From the NCBI GenBank assembly GCA_000388065.2, contig KB932204.1: a stretch of 64,000 bases of DNA, one strand, 5' to 3'. The notes beneath the pieces are model-generated. The model was given only the letters and a program-made list of their open reading frames with translations. It had not been told where the DNA came from and ran no database searches. The DNA comes from Fonticula alba ATCC 38817 (Eukaryota; Protista; Nucleariida). Both the position numbers and the translations under genes were made by a program. Of the stretch, positions 1 through 10,234 are shown piece after piece; the stretch's first letter is position 1; each line of letters begins with the position of its first letter.

Positions 1-742
1 GGAGTAGAGACTAAATGACATATTTGGGCGTGACACATAAATCGCCTGACTCGTGTGGGGCGTGATGCCGGATCGTTGGCATATCTCGCCCACAAACACA
101 CCTCCCGGTCTGGCTCCCCGCCAGGGCCCAGTTCGCTGGGGCCCGGGACCGGACGCCGCGCAGGGCGCAACCCCGGAGGCGCAGCAGCGGAGGACGGGGC
201 GGAGATGCCCGAACAGCTTCTCCAACCAGACCTCTCACTTTCCCCGGGGAGGGGCAGAGTCCGAGCCGAGCCTCCCGCCACACCACGGCCCCCGCCCGGC
301 GTCGGCGGGCCTGCCCGCGATCGGTCTCACATTGTGGGACGCGGGAAAAAACAACTCGCCAGCTGGCCAAGTGGTGTTCCCCCGGGCCACCCACCCACCC
401 ACCCCGGTGGGAAAAGACGCGTCCGGGCAGCACGATCGCGCGTCCCCCGCGCGCCACAACCCGCGGCTGCTTTGTTTTGATACGGCCGGCAGGACCCTTT
501 TACGGATGCCCCACAGTGGCGTGCTGGCCCACCTGCGAGCCTCACTGTCCCTCGTCCTCCGTCCCCTCCCCTCCTGCGCCCCCTGTCCCGCTCGCGTCGC
601 TGCCACACCTCCGCCCCTTTTCCCGTCCGGCCATACCCCCGGGGGGAAGCAGTTGCCTCCTCGTTTCTTCACTGCCTTCGGACTCCGCGTCCTTCCTTTT
701 TTTCTTTTTTTTTTTGCCCCGCCTCTGCCCTGCTCCCTGGTG

Positions 743-1881
743 ATGTCGTCCCCCCTGGTGGAATCAAACCTCGGCGATGCCAGGCTCGATATTGCCTGGA
801 TGCCAAGCGCCAGCCAGCTGGCCGAGCTGACCGCCCGCAACCCCAAGGCCCAGCAACGCATGCAACGCCAGGCCCTGGCCGAGTTCACGGACCCCGGCCG
901 GGCGGGGCCGGCCGGCCCACCGGCTGCCGCCTGCCCGCCGGCTGGCATCTTGCCTGCCTTTGACCGGTACTACCTGGGTACCGACCTGGCCACCGGGGTG
1001 GGCTGCCTGCGCGAGCGGCCCGCCACCAGCGGCCCGCACGCCTCCCTGGAAAAGGTCCACGCCAGTGACTGTGATTGCGCCTTTCACTGCTTCTCCGGGC
1101 ACTCGGCCTGGCGGGCCATGTCCGCGTACTATGCACGGCCATCGAGCCCTGCGAGCCCCGTCCCGGCGATCTCGGCCCCGGGGATGTCCATCAACGCCGG
1201 TGGCGGGATGGATTTCAATAACCTGCTCACCGAGGGGCCCGGCTACTCCAGTAGCCTGAGCTCCTCCTCCTTCTTGGGCCTGGGGAATCCCCTGTTCCGG
1301 TCGTCGTACACCTCGCAGTCGCTCCTGACGACGTATCAGCCTCTTCACTCGCCCGGGTCGTCGATCCTACCGATGCACTCCTCGGCCTACATTGCCTCGC
1401 TGCAGTATCAGCAGCAGCATTCGCCGCAAATGCCCCAGGCACCGGCGCCCCTGACGCGCGTGGCTCCCCCAAATGACGGGCACTTCGAGCTCTCAACCTC
1501 GCTGGAGTCCACCTCGTCCCTGAGTGAGGCGCCTTTCGGTGGGCCGGGCGCCGGGCCCGGTGTCGGCACCGGGGGGCCCAATGTGCCGCCCTCCTCGGTC
1601 CCTGCCACATCGACCTCTCAGGTGACCGAGGCCTTCTTGGGATCGGACTTCATCCTGATCTCGGAATTCGACGAACTCCAGGGCCCGCTTCCGATGTGCA
1701 CCCTGCCGGAACGCATGGCCGCCGTGGACCGCCGCATTGCAGCCACGCTCAATTCCTTTGTCGTGCGCATCATGGCCGTGGACTACCAAACCAAGACGAA
1801 GTGCGCCCTGGTGTTGCCGCGCGCCACACGCATGCACAACTGCACACGTGCACACACGCACACACACACGCACACACACAC

Positions 1882-1933
<52 letters not shown>

Positions 1934-4900
1934 GCGCGCGCGCGCGCGCGCGCACGCACACACACACATACACTCACGCGCGCGCGCGCACGCAAGCACC
2001 TGCGACCTTCCGCCTTTTAATGCCGACTGCCCTTGTCCAGCTCGGAACCTGACCCCTGTGCTGACCGACCTACCTCCTGGTGCTTCTCCCCCGACGCGCA
2101 GGTACAACGACAGTGTATATATGCCGGATGATACGCATGTCTTCCTGATCGATGAGCAGGACCTCATTCCCGGGCAGTCGATGGTGCCGGTGTTTTCCTC
2201 GAATGCCTCACCGGCCGGTGTGTCCACCGGGGATCACAATGGGCCCGGCTATCCGCTGTCGGCCGGCAGCGATGGCGATTTTGACATCGTCGATGAGGGG
2301 CAGACGGTCAAGTACTATGCGTATGTACACAACTTTTCCCTGAACGACTTGCAGGCGCGCGGCTACGTTCGGCCACTCTGCTTTTCATATGTGGCCACCA
2401 TGGAGCCCACCAAAATGATGACCTTCTTCGATGAGTTCGTGGCTCTCTTTACCCAGGTGCGCTTTGTCCGCTGGCGCTGCCTTCCTTTCCGCCCTGCTCC
2501 GGGTCCCGCACGGGCGCATGGCTCTCCGCCCGGCTGGCATCACGCTCACCTTGATGGATTTGGCTCCGCGGGGGGCGGGGGTCTCAGATTGCCACCCCCT
2601 TGAAGGACATCAACCGGCGCATCTTCCTTCGGGATCTGTACTCGCGCAACGCCGATTTGGAATTCACCAAAAGTCTCTGGACGGATCCTTCGCCGGAATC
2701 AGCCGCTCGATTGGCCTACGAGCTGGTGCGTGGCAGTGGGCCCCGCTGCCTCCCTCCCTTCGCCCTCCCTCGCTCTCCCTCTCCCACTCCCACTCCCACT
2801 CCTTCGCTCTTTCATCCTCCTTGGCGCGTGAACGCGCATGGCCCTGCCATACTAATGACCCTTCCCGTGGAATCTCCCCTCCTCCTTTGGCGCCCACGCG
2901 CAGGGCCGTGTCAGTGATGAGGACGGCTTGGAGCTCATTGGTCCGGAGAACATCGATTCCCTGCTGGAGGAGTCCCGTGAGATGATTGTGCGTGCTGTGA
3001 TGATGCCCCTCTTGTCGGCCGGTCTGCTCGAAGCTCACCATGCCGGTCGCCACAACTGCCCGCACCAACAGCGCATGGTCCGGCGTCGGATCCACGAGGA
3101 GACGTATGGCCCGCAGCCGGTGGATGCCACGCCGGCCGAGCTGTCCGGTCCGGCGGATGCCTTTCCCCCCTGCGGGCATACGCCCACCTTCATGCGGCAC
3201 CTGTACAAGCTGTCGCGCTTCGAAACCCACCTCCGGTCTATCGACGAGCTTACCAGCGTGGACACTCTGTTCCCCGGGTGCGGCACGTGCGGGTGCTTCA
3301 GCTGTGCCTCGCAGGGCCGCGGCGGTCCTGAATCCGATGCCCACTTCTCGGAGGGCGCCCCATCCACCGGCTCGGCATCGACCGCCGGGGCCAGCGAATT
3401 CCGCGTGGCCTTTGAGAAGCTCCGCACCCTGATTCGGTCCTTCAACAAACCGTCCTACCTCCTGCAGCTGGAGCGCGAGGAGCTGGAGGACACCTCCGAG
3501 TGGGATGCCTTCGACCTGGGCGCCGGCCCGAGAATGGACCTCGACCTTGGGGCCGCCGGGACCACGCCCCCGCGCCACCCTCTCGGCACGCATCTCCTCT
3601 TCGGCGATGCGGCCTTCGGGGGGCTGACATTCGGCGATCAAGTGGCCGCATCTCCGGGAGGTTTGCCGGTGGCGCTTTCTCGCCGCGTGCGTGCCTGCTC
3701 CTCTTTTTCCTTTTTTTTGCTCCGTTTTTTTTTTGCTTTTGCTCTTCCTTTCCCGTCCTCTCTCCCCTTTTTGCTGCGCCTTTCCTCGCGTGTGCCTGTG
3801 CTGACTTTTGGTCCTGCCCCTGGCGCTTGTGCAGCCCCCCTCTGCCCCGGTGACTGTGCCCCAATCCGCGCCGGGGACCAATCCGGCGCTGGCTTTCCTC
3901 AGCCGTCTGGATGTGCGCCCCCTCCCCGCGCCTTGCTCTCCGATCTTTTCCCCCCTCTTTTCTCTCTCCCTCTTCTTTCCACGTGCGAAGGGACTGATTT
4001 TTCTATCACGCCATGCCTGCTCCCTGGCGTCGGCAGTCCTCCTCGAATGTCTTATGGCCGCAGCTGTGCGTCCTCCATTGCGACGTTTTTCGACGTCGGG
4101 GGCCTCCTTCTTCCCGTTGCCTCTGGCATCCCCACCGCCCTGCTGCTCTCTCTATCGCTATCTCTTGCTCTTCCTCCGCTCCCTGGCACATTTGCATTTT
4201 TCCCCCTGCATGACGGTCTAATTTCGCTCCCTCTCGTTGGCGCAGGCTTGCCGACAAGTATTCCCATCTCCAGAAGGACCCGGGTGCCAAAGCCCCGCCC
4301 CCTTTGCAATTCCTCGAGCAGCAGCCGGCCTTTGCGGCGCGGCTGCTCTTCAGCATCTTCACCGGGCGTCCGGTGATTGTGGTTGCCGATCCCTTGGCTA
4401 AGGAGTGCGTGTCCCTTCCCTTGCGTTTGGCCTTTTTCGCATGAACGTGAGCACCCAAGCACGCGCGCCTGTACACGGCACATGTGTATGTGTGTATGTG
4501 TGTGCGCGCACAGGCACACGGTCGCCATGGTCCCAGCGATCCGCTCACCGCCTCTTGTCACCAGCACCGCGCTGCAGATTGTGGCCGCCCTACAACAGCT
4601 GCTGCCACAGAGCAGCTTCGCCCCGCCAGGTGTCCGGCCTTGGGTTGATTCGGCCGAGGAGGCCTCGTTGACGCTCCTGTCTCTGGCTCGCATCAAGCTT
4701 ATGGGCGTGTCCAATCGGGTCATCATTCCAGTGACCATCACTGTGCGTGCTGTGCCTGGGCCTTGCTTGCCCCCCGGAAGACACCTCCTCTTTGCCTTGG
4801 TCGTCCGGTGTTAGTCCATCCTCTGGCCGGTGCTTCTCTCCCTCCCCGGACTGACCATGCCCATGCTCCCCCGAGTAGCCCTACGTGACCGTGCTGAACA

Positions 4901-5760
4901 TCGACAAGTACACCGTGGCTGGGCCGCTGTACTTTGGAGCGCTGTTGGACCCGCGCCAGGTCCAGCGCATCGTCAAGAGCGTGCGTGCATGCCGGCTGCT
5001 TGGCTGTGATCTGTTCCTGGTCGTGCGCCGTACCGGCGGGCCCCGGGGCCGCATTTGCTGACAGATGGGTGCTTGCTTGTTTGCTTGCTTTTTGATCCGG
5101 AACTTGCCCCTGCATTTGGATTCCCCCCCCCCCCCTATGGGTGCGCGTGCGTTTGCTTGCGCACATGCATCGATGTGTAGCCCCCGGCCGAGCTGCAGAT
5201 CCAATCGCAGATCCTCTTGACCGAGTTGTCGCGGAAGGCCTTCGTCTACTTCCAGGCCCTGGTGCTGGGCTTCGAGTTCGAGCCCCTGCCGACGGAGCCC
5301 CAGGCGACCCTATGCTCGCAGAAGTACTACCCCGGCATGGGGAGCCCCGGCGGCGGCCGGATGGGGTCCCTCCGTCCGGTTCCAGGTCGTGCGTCGTTGC
5401 ACTTGGTCTTTGTGTCGATTTGTGTTTCCCCGCCTGCCTGATCGTGCCTCTGACACTGGCCCTGGGGCCACCGATGCCCATGTGTGTGTGTGTGTGTGTC
5501 AGTGTGGGCATTTGCATGCGTGCGCGGCGCGCCGTCTCCCACAGGGCAAGGCCAGTCGATCGTGTCGTCGATCAATCTCCTCCGGGAGTTCTCCTCGCGC
5601 CTGGCCCTTTCCCCGTGTGACGTGGCCATGGTCCAGGTGCGTGTGGCCGTGACTGCGATGCCCATGTGTCTCGGTCTCTCGCACGCGCCCCCTCCCCGCC
5701 TGCCCCCCTGGCCGCGGGGCCCGGGTCGCCTTCGCTGACATCAACCCCATGACGGCCCTT

Positions 5761-5793
<33 letters not shown>

Positions 5794-6912
5794 CCTTCCT
5801 TCTCTCCCCCCGATCATTTGCAGCACCTTGCGGAGCTGATTCGCGGCGACCACTTGGCCGAACTGCGAGCGACGGCCGCCGCGGCAGCGGCGGCGGCGGC
5901 GGCTGCTGCTGCTGCTGCTGCCGCTGTGCCGGGGCCAGCCGACCTGGCTCCCGGACTGGGTGCCTCCGCGGGCCGGACGGTGCCACCGCGGCCGGCCATT
6001 TGCGCCTGCCCAGGGTCTCTGGTGCCGCTGATGCCGCTGCGGAAGTGTGCGTCCGCTGTCCCGGACCGGCCGGCACTGGCGCCGATCGACACGTCGCTCG
6101 CTGCCTTTGCCCGGCATCCGCCGGGGCCATCGGCACCGGGGCCGGGGCCCGCTCGAGCCCGGCGCCGCGTGGCCCCGACCTCGGCCACCGCGTTGGTGGT
6201 GCCCCCTCCGGGCGTGTACCACCCCACGGCAGGCGACACATACCGGACCTTCACATGCACCGGGCTGTGTGCCCTGGGGGCATGGTCGCGGCAGCCGCCG
6301 CGACTGGCGGTCGCCAGTGGGGCCAACGCGCCGGCGATGCCTTCGGCCGGTCGCCAGGCGTCTGGCCTGGCGGCACAGCCCCGGCCATCGCGCTTGACCA
6401 GCATCCTCCAAACGGAGGACCCATCGGCCACGGGCGGCGCCCCCTGGCCACGTGCGCGCTCCAGCAGTTCCTACACCCAGTCCTATTTGCCGGCCGGGGC
6501 GGAGTCGGTGGCTCCCTCGGCCATGCACCTGGAGGTCCGGGCGCGGCCCTTTGTCTTGAGTCATCTGCGATCGGCTGGCGGTGGGCGCCCGGGCACGGCC
6601 GGCGCCAGTGCCGGGGGTGCCTCGGCTGCCGGTGTGCACCATTCCGGGGACCGGTCGTCGGACGATGGCAGTGCCATGGCTGCCGGGGCCCGGTCGCACC
6701 CGATGTCCATTGCCGGGGCGGGCGCCAGCGGTGGCAGTGGCGCCGGCGGGTATGCGCATGGTGGCGGATCGGCATCCTCCTCGTCACTCGGGGGGCCGGG
6801 CGATCCGGCCGGCGAAGATGGAGCCTCGCCCTCATCGGGCGGGTCCGGTGCCGGGTCATCCTGGCTCTCCTTCATCTGGGGGAGTTCCAGTGGCGGTGGC
6901 CGGGGGAAGTGA
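743..6912 (+). CDS. SMCR8: SMCR8-like longin/DENN protein (FLCN/SMCR8 family), multi-exon
   Basis: Spliced translation gives [16 protein letters not shown]...[51 protein letters not shown]...[32 protein letters not shown] and QHLAELI, matching SMCR8 blocks from memory in the right order. Frame-consistent introns include 1801-2101, 2457-2587 and 2726-2903, and there is a 29-nt exon at 4037-4065. Stop TGA ends at 6912. Confidence 0.88.
1842..1992. repeat. Compound microsatellite (CA)n-(CG)17-(CA)n in SMCR8 intron 1
   Basis: Directly visible; pure CG dinucleotide run at 1919-1952 flanked by CA/CACG repeats. Confidence 0.95.
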
Positions 6913-7084
6913 CTTCTCGCCTCTGTGTAATGGACAAAGTGTGTCTCGGCTGCGTGCTGTGCCTTGTGTGCTTGAGTGCAGGGTGTGTGCCGGATAGGTC
7001 CGATGCTTTGGAAGAGGCGACGGTGCCACACGGCAAGGAGGGGGCCCCTCGCGTCGAAGGAGGGTCACGTGCACCTTGGTCCCG

Positions 7085-7949
7085 GTGCTGGTATTTCAGC
7101 ACTTCTTGGGTGTGTTCTCTTGAGTTAAGAGACTCTTGCGGCTTGCCCTGCTGTAGCAGGGTTCTCACGGATCCAGTCTTACGTCAAAGGAGTGAAGCTT
7201 TGACGGAAGCTATACCGGAAATCTTACTACTGGTTAGGGACCGCTCGGGCATGAAGGAGGGCGTACCGAACCAGAAGGGNNNNNNNNNNNNNNNNNNNNN
7301 NNNNNNNNNNNNNNNNNNNNNNNNNNNNNNNNNNNNNNNNNNNNNNNNNNNNNNNNNNNNNNNNNNNNNNNNNNNNNNNNNNNNNNNNNNNNNNNNNNNN
7401 NNNNNNNNNNNNNNNNNNNNNNNNNNNNNNNNNNNNNNNNNNNNNNNNNNNNNNNNNNNNNNNNNNNNNNNNNNNNNNNNNNNNNNNNNNNNNNNNNNNN
7501 NNNNNNNNNNNNNNNNNNNNNNNNNNNNNNNNNNNNNNNNNNNNNNNNNNNNNNNNNNNNNNNNNNNNNNNNNNNNNNNNNNNNNNNNNNNNNNNNNNNN
7601 NNNNNNNNNNNNNNNNNNNNNNNNNNNNNNNNNNNNNNNNNNNNNNNNNNNNNNNNNNNNNNNNNNNNNNNNNNNNNNNNNNNNTGGTCGTGGGGTGGAT
7701 CTGAGAACCCCGCGCGCACGCGTGTCTCCCTCCTTTCCTGGGCCACCGAACTGGCCCGGTACTCGGCGGCCATCTGGCTGTCGATCTACCCCGCATTCCT
7801 CCTGAGGAGGAATGCCATTCAAGCATGCCATAATCTTCCACGGGGCCGTTCACGTGGGGATCTTGTAATTCAACCTGTGACTTGGTTTATAGAGATTGGG
7901 GGATACCACTACACCTGCTCGCCTCACCTGTGACCTCGAGCAGGTGAGG
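7085..7949. other. Hairpin-dense island interrupted by an assembly gap (candidate structured ncRNA or element terminus)
   Basis: Stems read by eye: 7085-7102, 7116-7132, 7146-7161, 7182-7205, 7692-7701 paired with 7783-7792, 7793-7815 and 7912-7949. The identity of the element is unknown. Confidence 0.4.
7280..7684. other. Assembly gap (N run)
   Basis: Run of N. Other gaps lie at 11899-11969, 17665-17707, 20926-20935, 27144-27197, 41853-42217, 52377-52436 and about 56562-56571. Confidence 0.99.
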
Positions 7950-9659
7950 TTGGTGCCTCGGCCGGGGAGGCGCAAGAAAGAGGGCGGATTCCTGAGGCTC
8001 GAGGAATGGAGGGGAGGGGGGGGGGGGCGGTACCGAATTGGACCGACCTGGCCGATGGGCCGCCTCACTTGATGGGTCCGCGCAGGCGGAGTACGTGGAA
8101 AGCGGGTGTGGCCGGCTGAGAGAGGCAGCTACGTGCCATGGGGTGTGGTGGGGCTCCGGCCGCAGGGACGCCATGCGCAAGCTGGCAGACGGATGCGCGC
8201 CGCTGGCCGGAGGAATAACTGGCTCGGGGCTTGGCCGACTCTGTTGGACGTTACTTTGCCGCCGCGCGGCAGGTGGAGCGAGCGGGGAGGCGGGGAGGGA
8301 GGCTGGGTGCCGGGGCCTGTTCTTGGGAAGTGTCCATCGCCCGGGGTGGCGACCCCGCGCGGTGGACGTGTGACATAGCCTGGGCGCGGTGTGCGAGCCA
8401 GCGCACTCGGGGGCGAACACAGGACGCGCAAGAATCGGAAGATGCCCCGGGCTCGGGGCCGCGCGGCGCCGGATTTGTCAGCCAGCTGGGAAGGGCCTCC
8501 CCCCGAGAGCCGGGGTGCGGAGAGGCCGGGCGGGGAGCCCGGGGGGGGGGGGGGGGCCACCGCCGCCCAGGAGGACAGGGGTCGGGGAAGTGGCTGTCCG
8601 AAATGGGGCGGGGGGGGGGCCGGAGCCCGAGGCGCTGCGAGGCCTGCCGGCTCCCGGGGGGCGCGGACGGACACAGGTGCATGGTAAAAAGAAGGAGGAC
8701 CGCGGGGGTGGGCTTCTCTCGGGCGCGCGGTCCGGCAGGGACGCGGCGGGCGCGGGCGCATGGTGGGCATGCGCAGGCGCGACTGCGCACGAGCCGCGAT
8801 TGGGTTGCGCCCGGGTTTTTTTTTTTTCGTATTTTTGTTGTGTGGACATCCACCTTGGCGGCCGGCGGGGCCGGGCCCGGGCGAGCAGGGGCAGGAGTGC
8901 GCCCGATGCCGCGGCCCCCGCCCCCCCCCCCCCACGCCGGGGAGACCGAGAGAGGGGCAAGCGCGGCGGCCGGCCGGCCGGCAGGGTGGGCGAGCGGCGG
9001 GGTCGCAAACAAACCGGCCGGGGCACGGCCGGCTATCCCCCTTTGCGGGGATCGCCCGGCCAAGGCCACCGTGAAAAGTGGGCGGCCCCCGGGGCGCGAG
9101 GGCGCGCGCCCATAAAAGGCGGCACAGGTGTACGGGGCAGGCGCACTGGGGGGGGGGCGAAGTGCACCGTCATCGGGGGCCCATGTGTATCCCTCAGCGG
9201 GGGATCCCAGCCCCTGCGCTGGTCCGGCCAGGGGGGGGGAGCCGTGTGGCTTCCGCGTAAAGCCGCGCCGCGGGGGACCTCTCCCTCGCTGCTTGTGCTC
9301 CGGCGGGAGGACACGGTGGGCGGTTCGCCTTGCGCTTCTCTGGGGCCGGGGCCGAAGGCCGCCGCACGGGGAGGGGCCGGGAGAATGGGGGCACATTCCA
9401 CCGGGTGGTGGTGGCGGTGTGGTGCGTGCGGGGCCGTGGGAGCGAGGACTGCTCGGTCGTGAAGCACGGGCCGGTGGGGCGACCGGAAAGATATGCGCGG
9501 GCCGGGCCGGCCGGCTCCGGGCTGGGCGCAGCAGGCGGGCGGGGCGGGGCGGGGGCAGCCCCCGCGCCGACACGGGCGGCCAAGCCCATGAGTGCCTCGG
9601 ACTTGGGTGAGGCCGGGCCGGGCAATTTCGAGGCGGATATGCTTCGCGTGTGTTTCGCA

Positions 9660-9667
9660 CTTTTATA
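9660..9667 (-). promoter_or_regulatory. TATA-box-like motif (TATAAAAG on minus strand) in a short AT-rich island
   Basis: Plus-strand CTTTTATA within an AT-rich patch (about 9650-9700) in very GC-rich DNA. No downstream gene identified. Confidence 0.3.
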
Positions 9668-10149
9668 AGACATATATATTCGCTCAATTTGGTCAAATCA
9701 CCGTCCGACTCCCGTGTGGGAGTGGACCGGCGCCCGGGCAAAGCACCCTGCGCGATGGGCAATGCCCTGGGCGCGATGGGCGCCCCCCCCCCGCCCCCGC
9801 CCCCCCGCCCTGTGGTGTGACCCCCGGCACTGGCTGCAACGCATCCTCCGGCGCCCGGGCCTCGGTCGGGGCGCATGAACGCCGAGGACAGCCCGGTCCG
9901 TCAACTCCCACACCCCGGGCGGGAGGCCTGTTCGCCGCTGGGCCCCCGGCCGTCGGCGAGGGCCGACCCGTCGGGCGGGGGCTGTGGAACCGGCTCACCG
10001 CCGACACACCAATGGATGGGAGCCGGCGGCGCCGAGGGCTCGAGTGCGTACCCCCCCGGCATGGACGTGGGTCCGACCGACCGGGGGGGGGGGGCGGAGG
10101 CGGGGCGGAGGCGGGGCGGTCGTTCCGGCGTGTTTTGGTGGTGCTCACC

Positions 10150-10151
<2 letters not shown>

Positions 10152-10233
<82 letters not shown>
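10152..10233. repeat. Poly-G homopolymer (82 nt)
   Basis: Directly visible; the length may be unreliable. Confidence 0.9.

Positions 10234-10234
<1 letters not shown>

Noticed and set aside
7124-7180. GTTAAGAGACT...GATCCAGTC resembling group I intron R and S elements
   Set aside because: P7 would contain a C-C mismatch, no P/Q elements or J3/4 were found, and there is no host gene.
7226-7245. TTAGGG / CCCTAACC near the gap as a telomerase RNA template or interstitial telomere
   Set aside because: It is a single 8-nt match with no U-rich pseudoknot or template-boundary helix visible, so it is likely chance. It is kept only as one alternative for the structured island.
10152-10233. 82-nt poly-G as a functional element
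   Set aside because: Homopolymer length is unreliable in a short-read draft, and shorter G/C runs are ubiquitous here.
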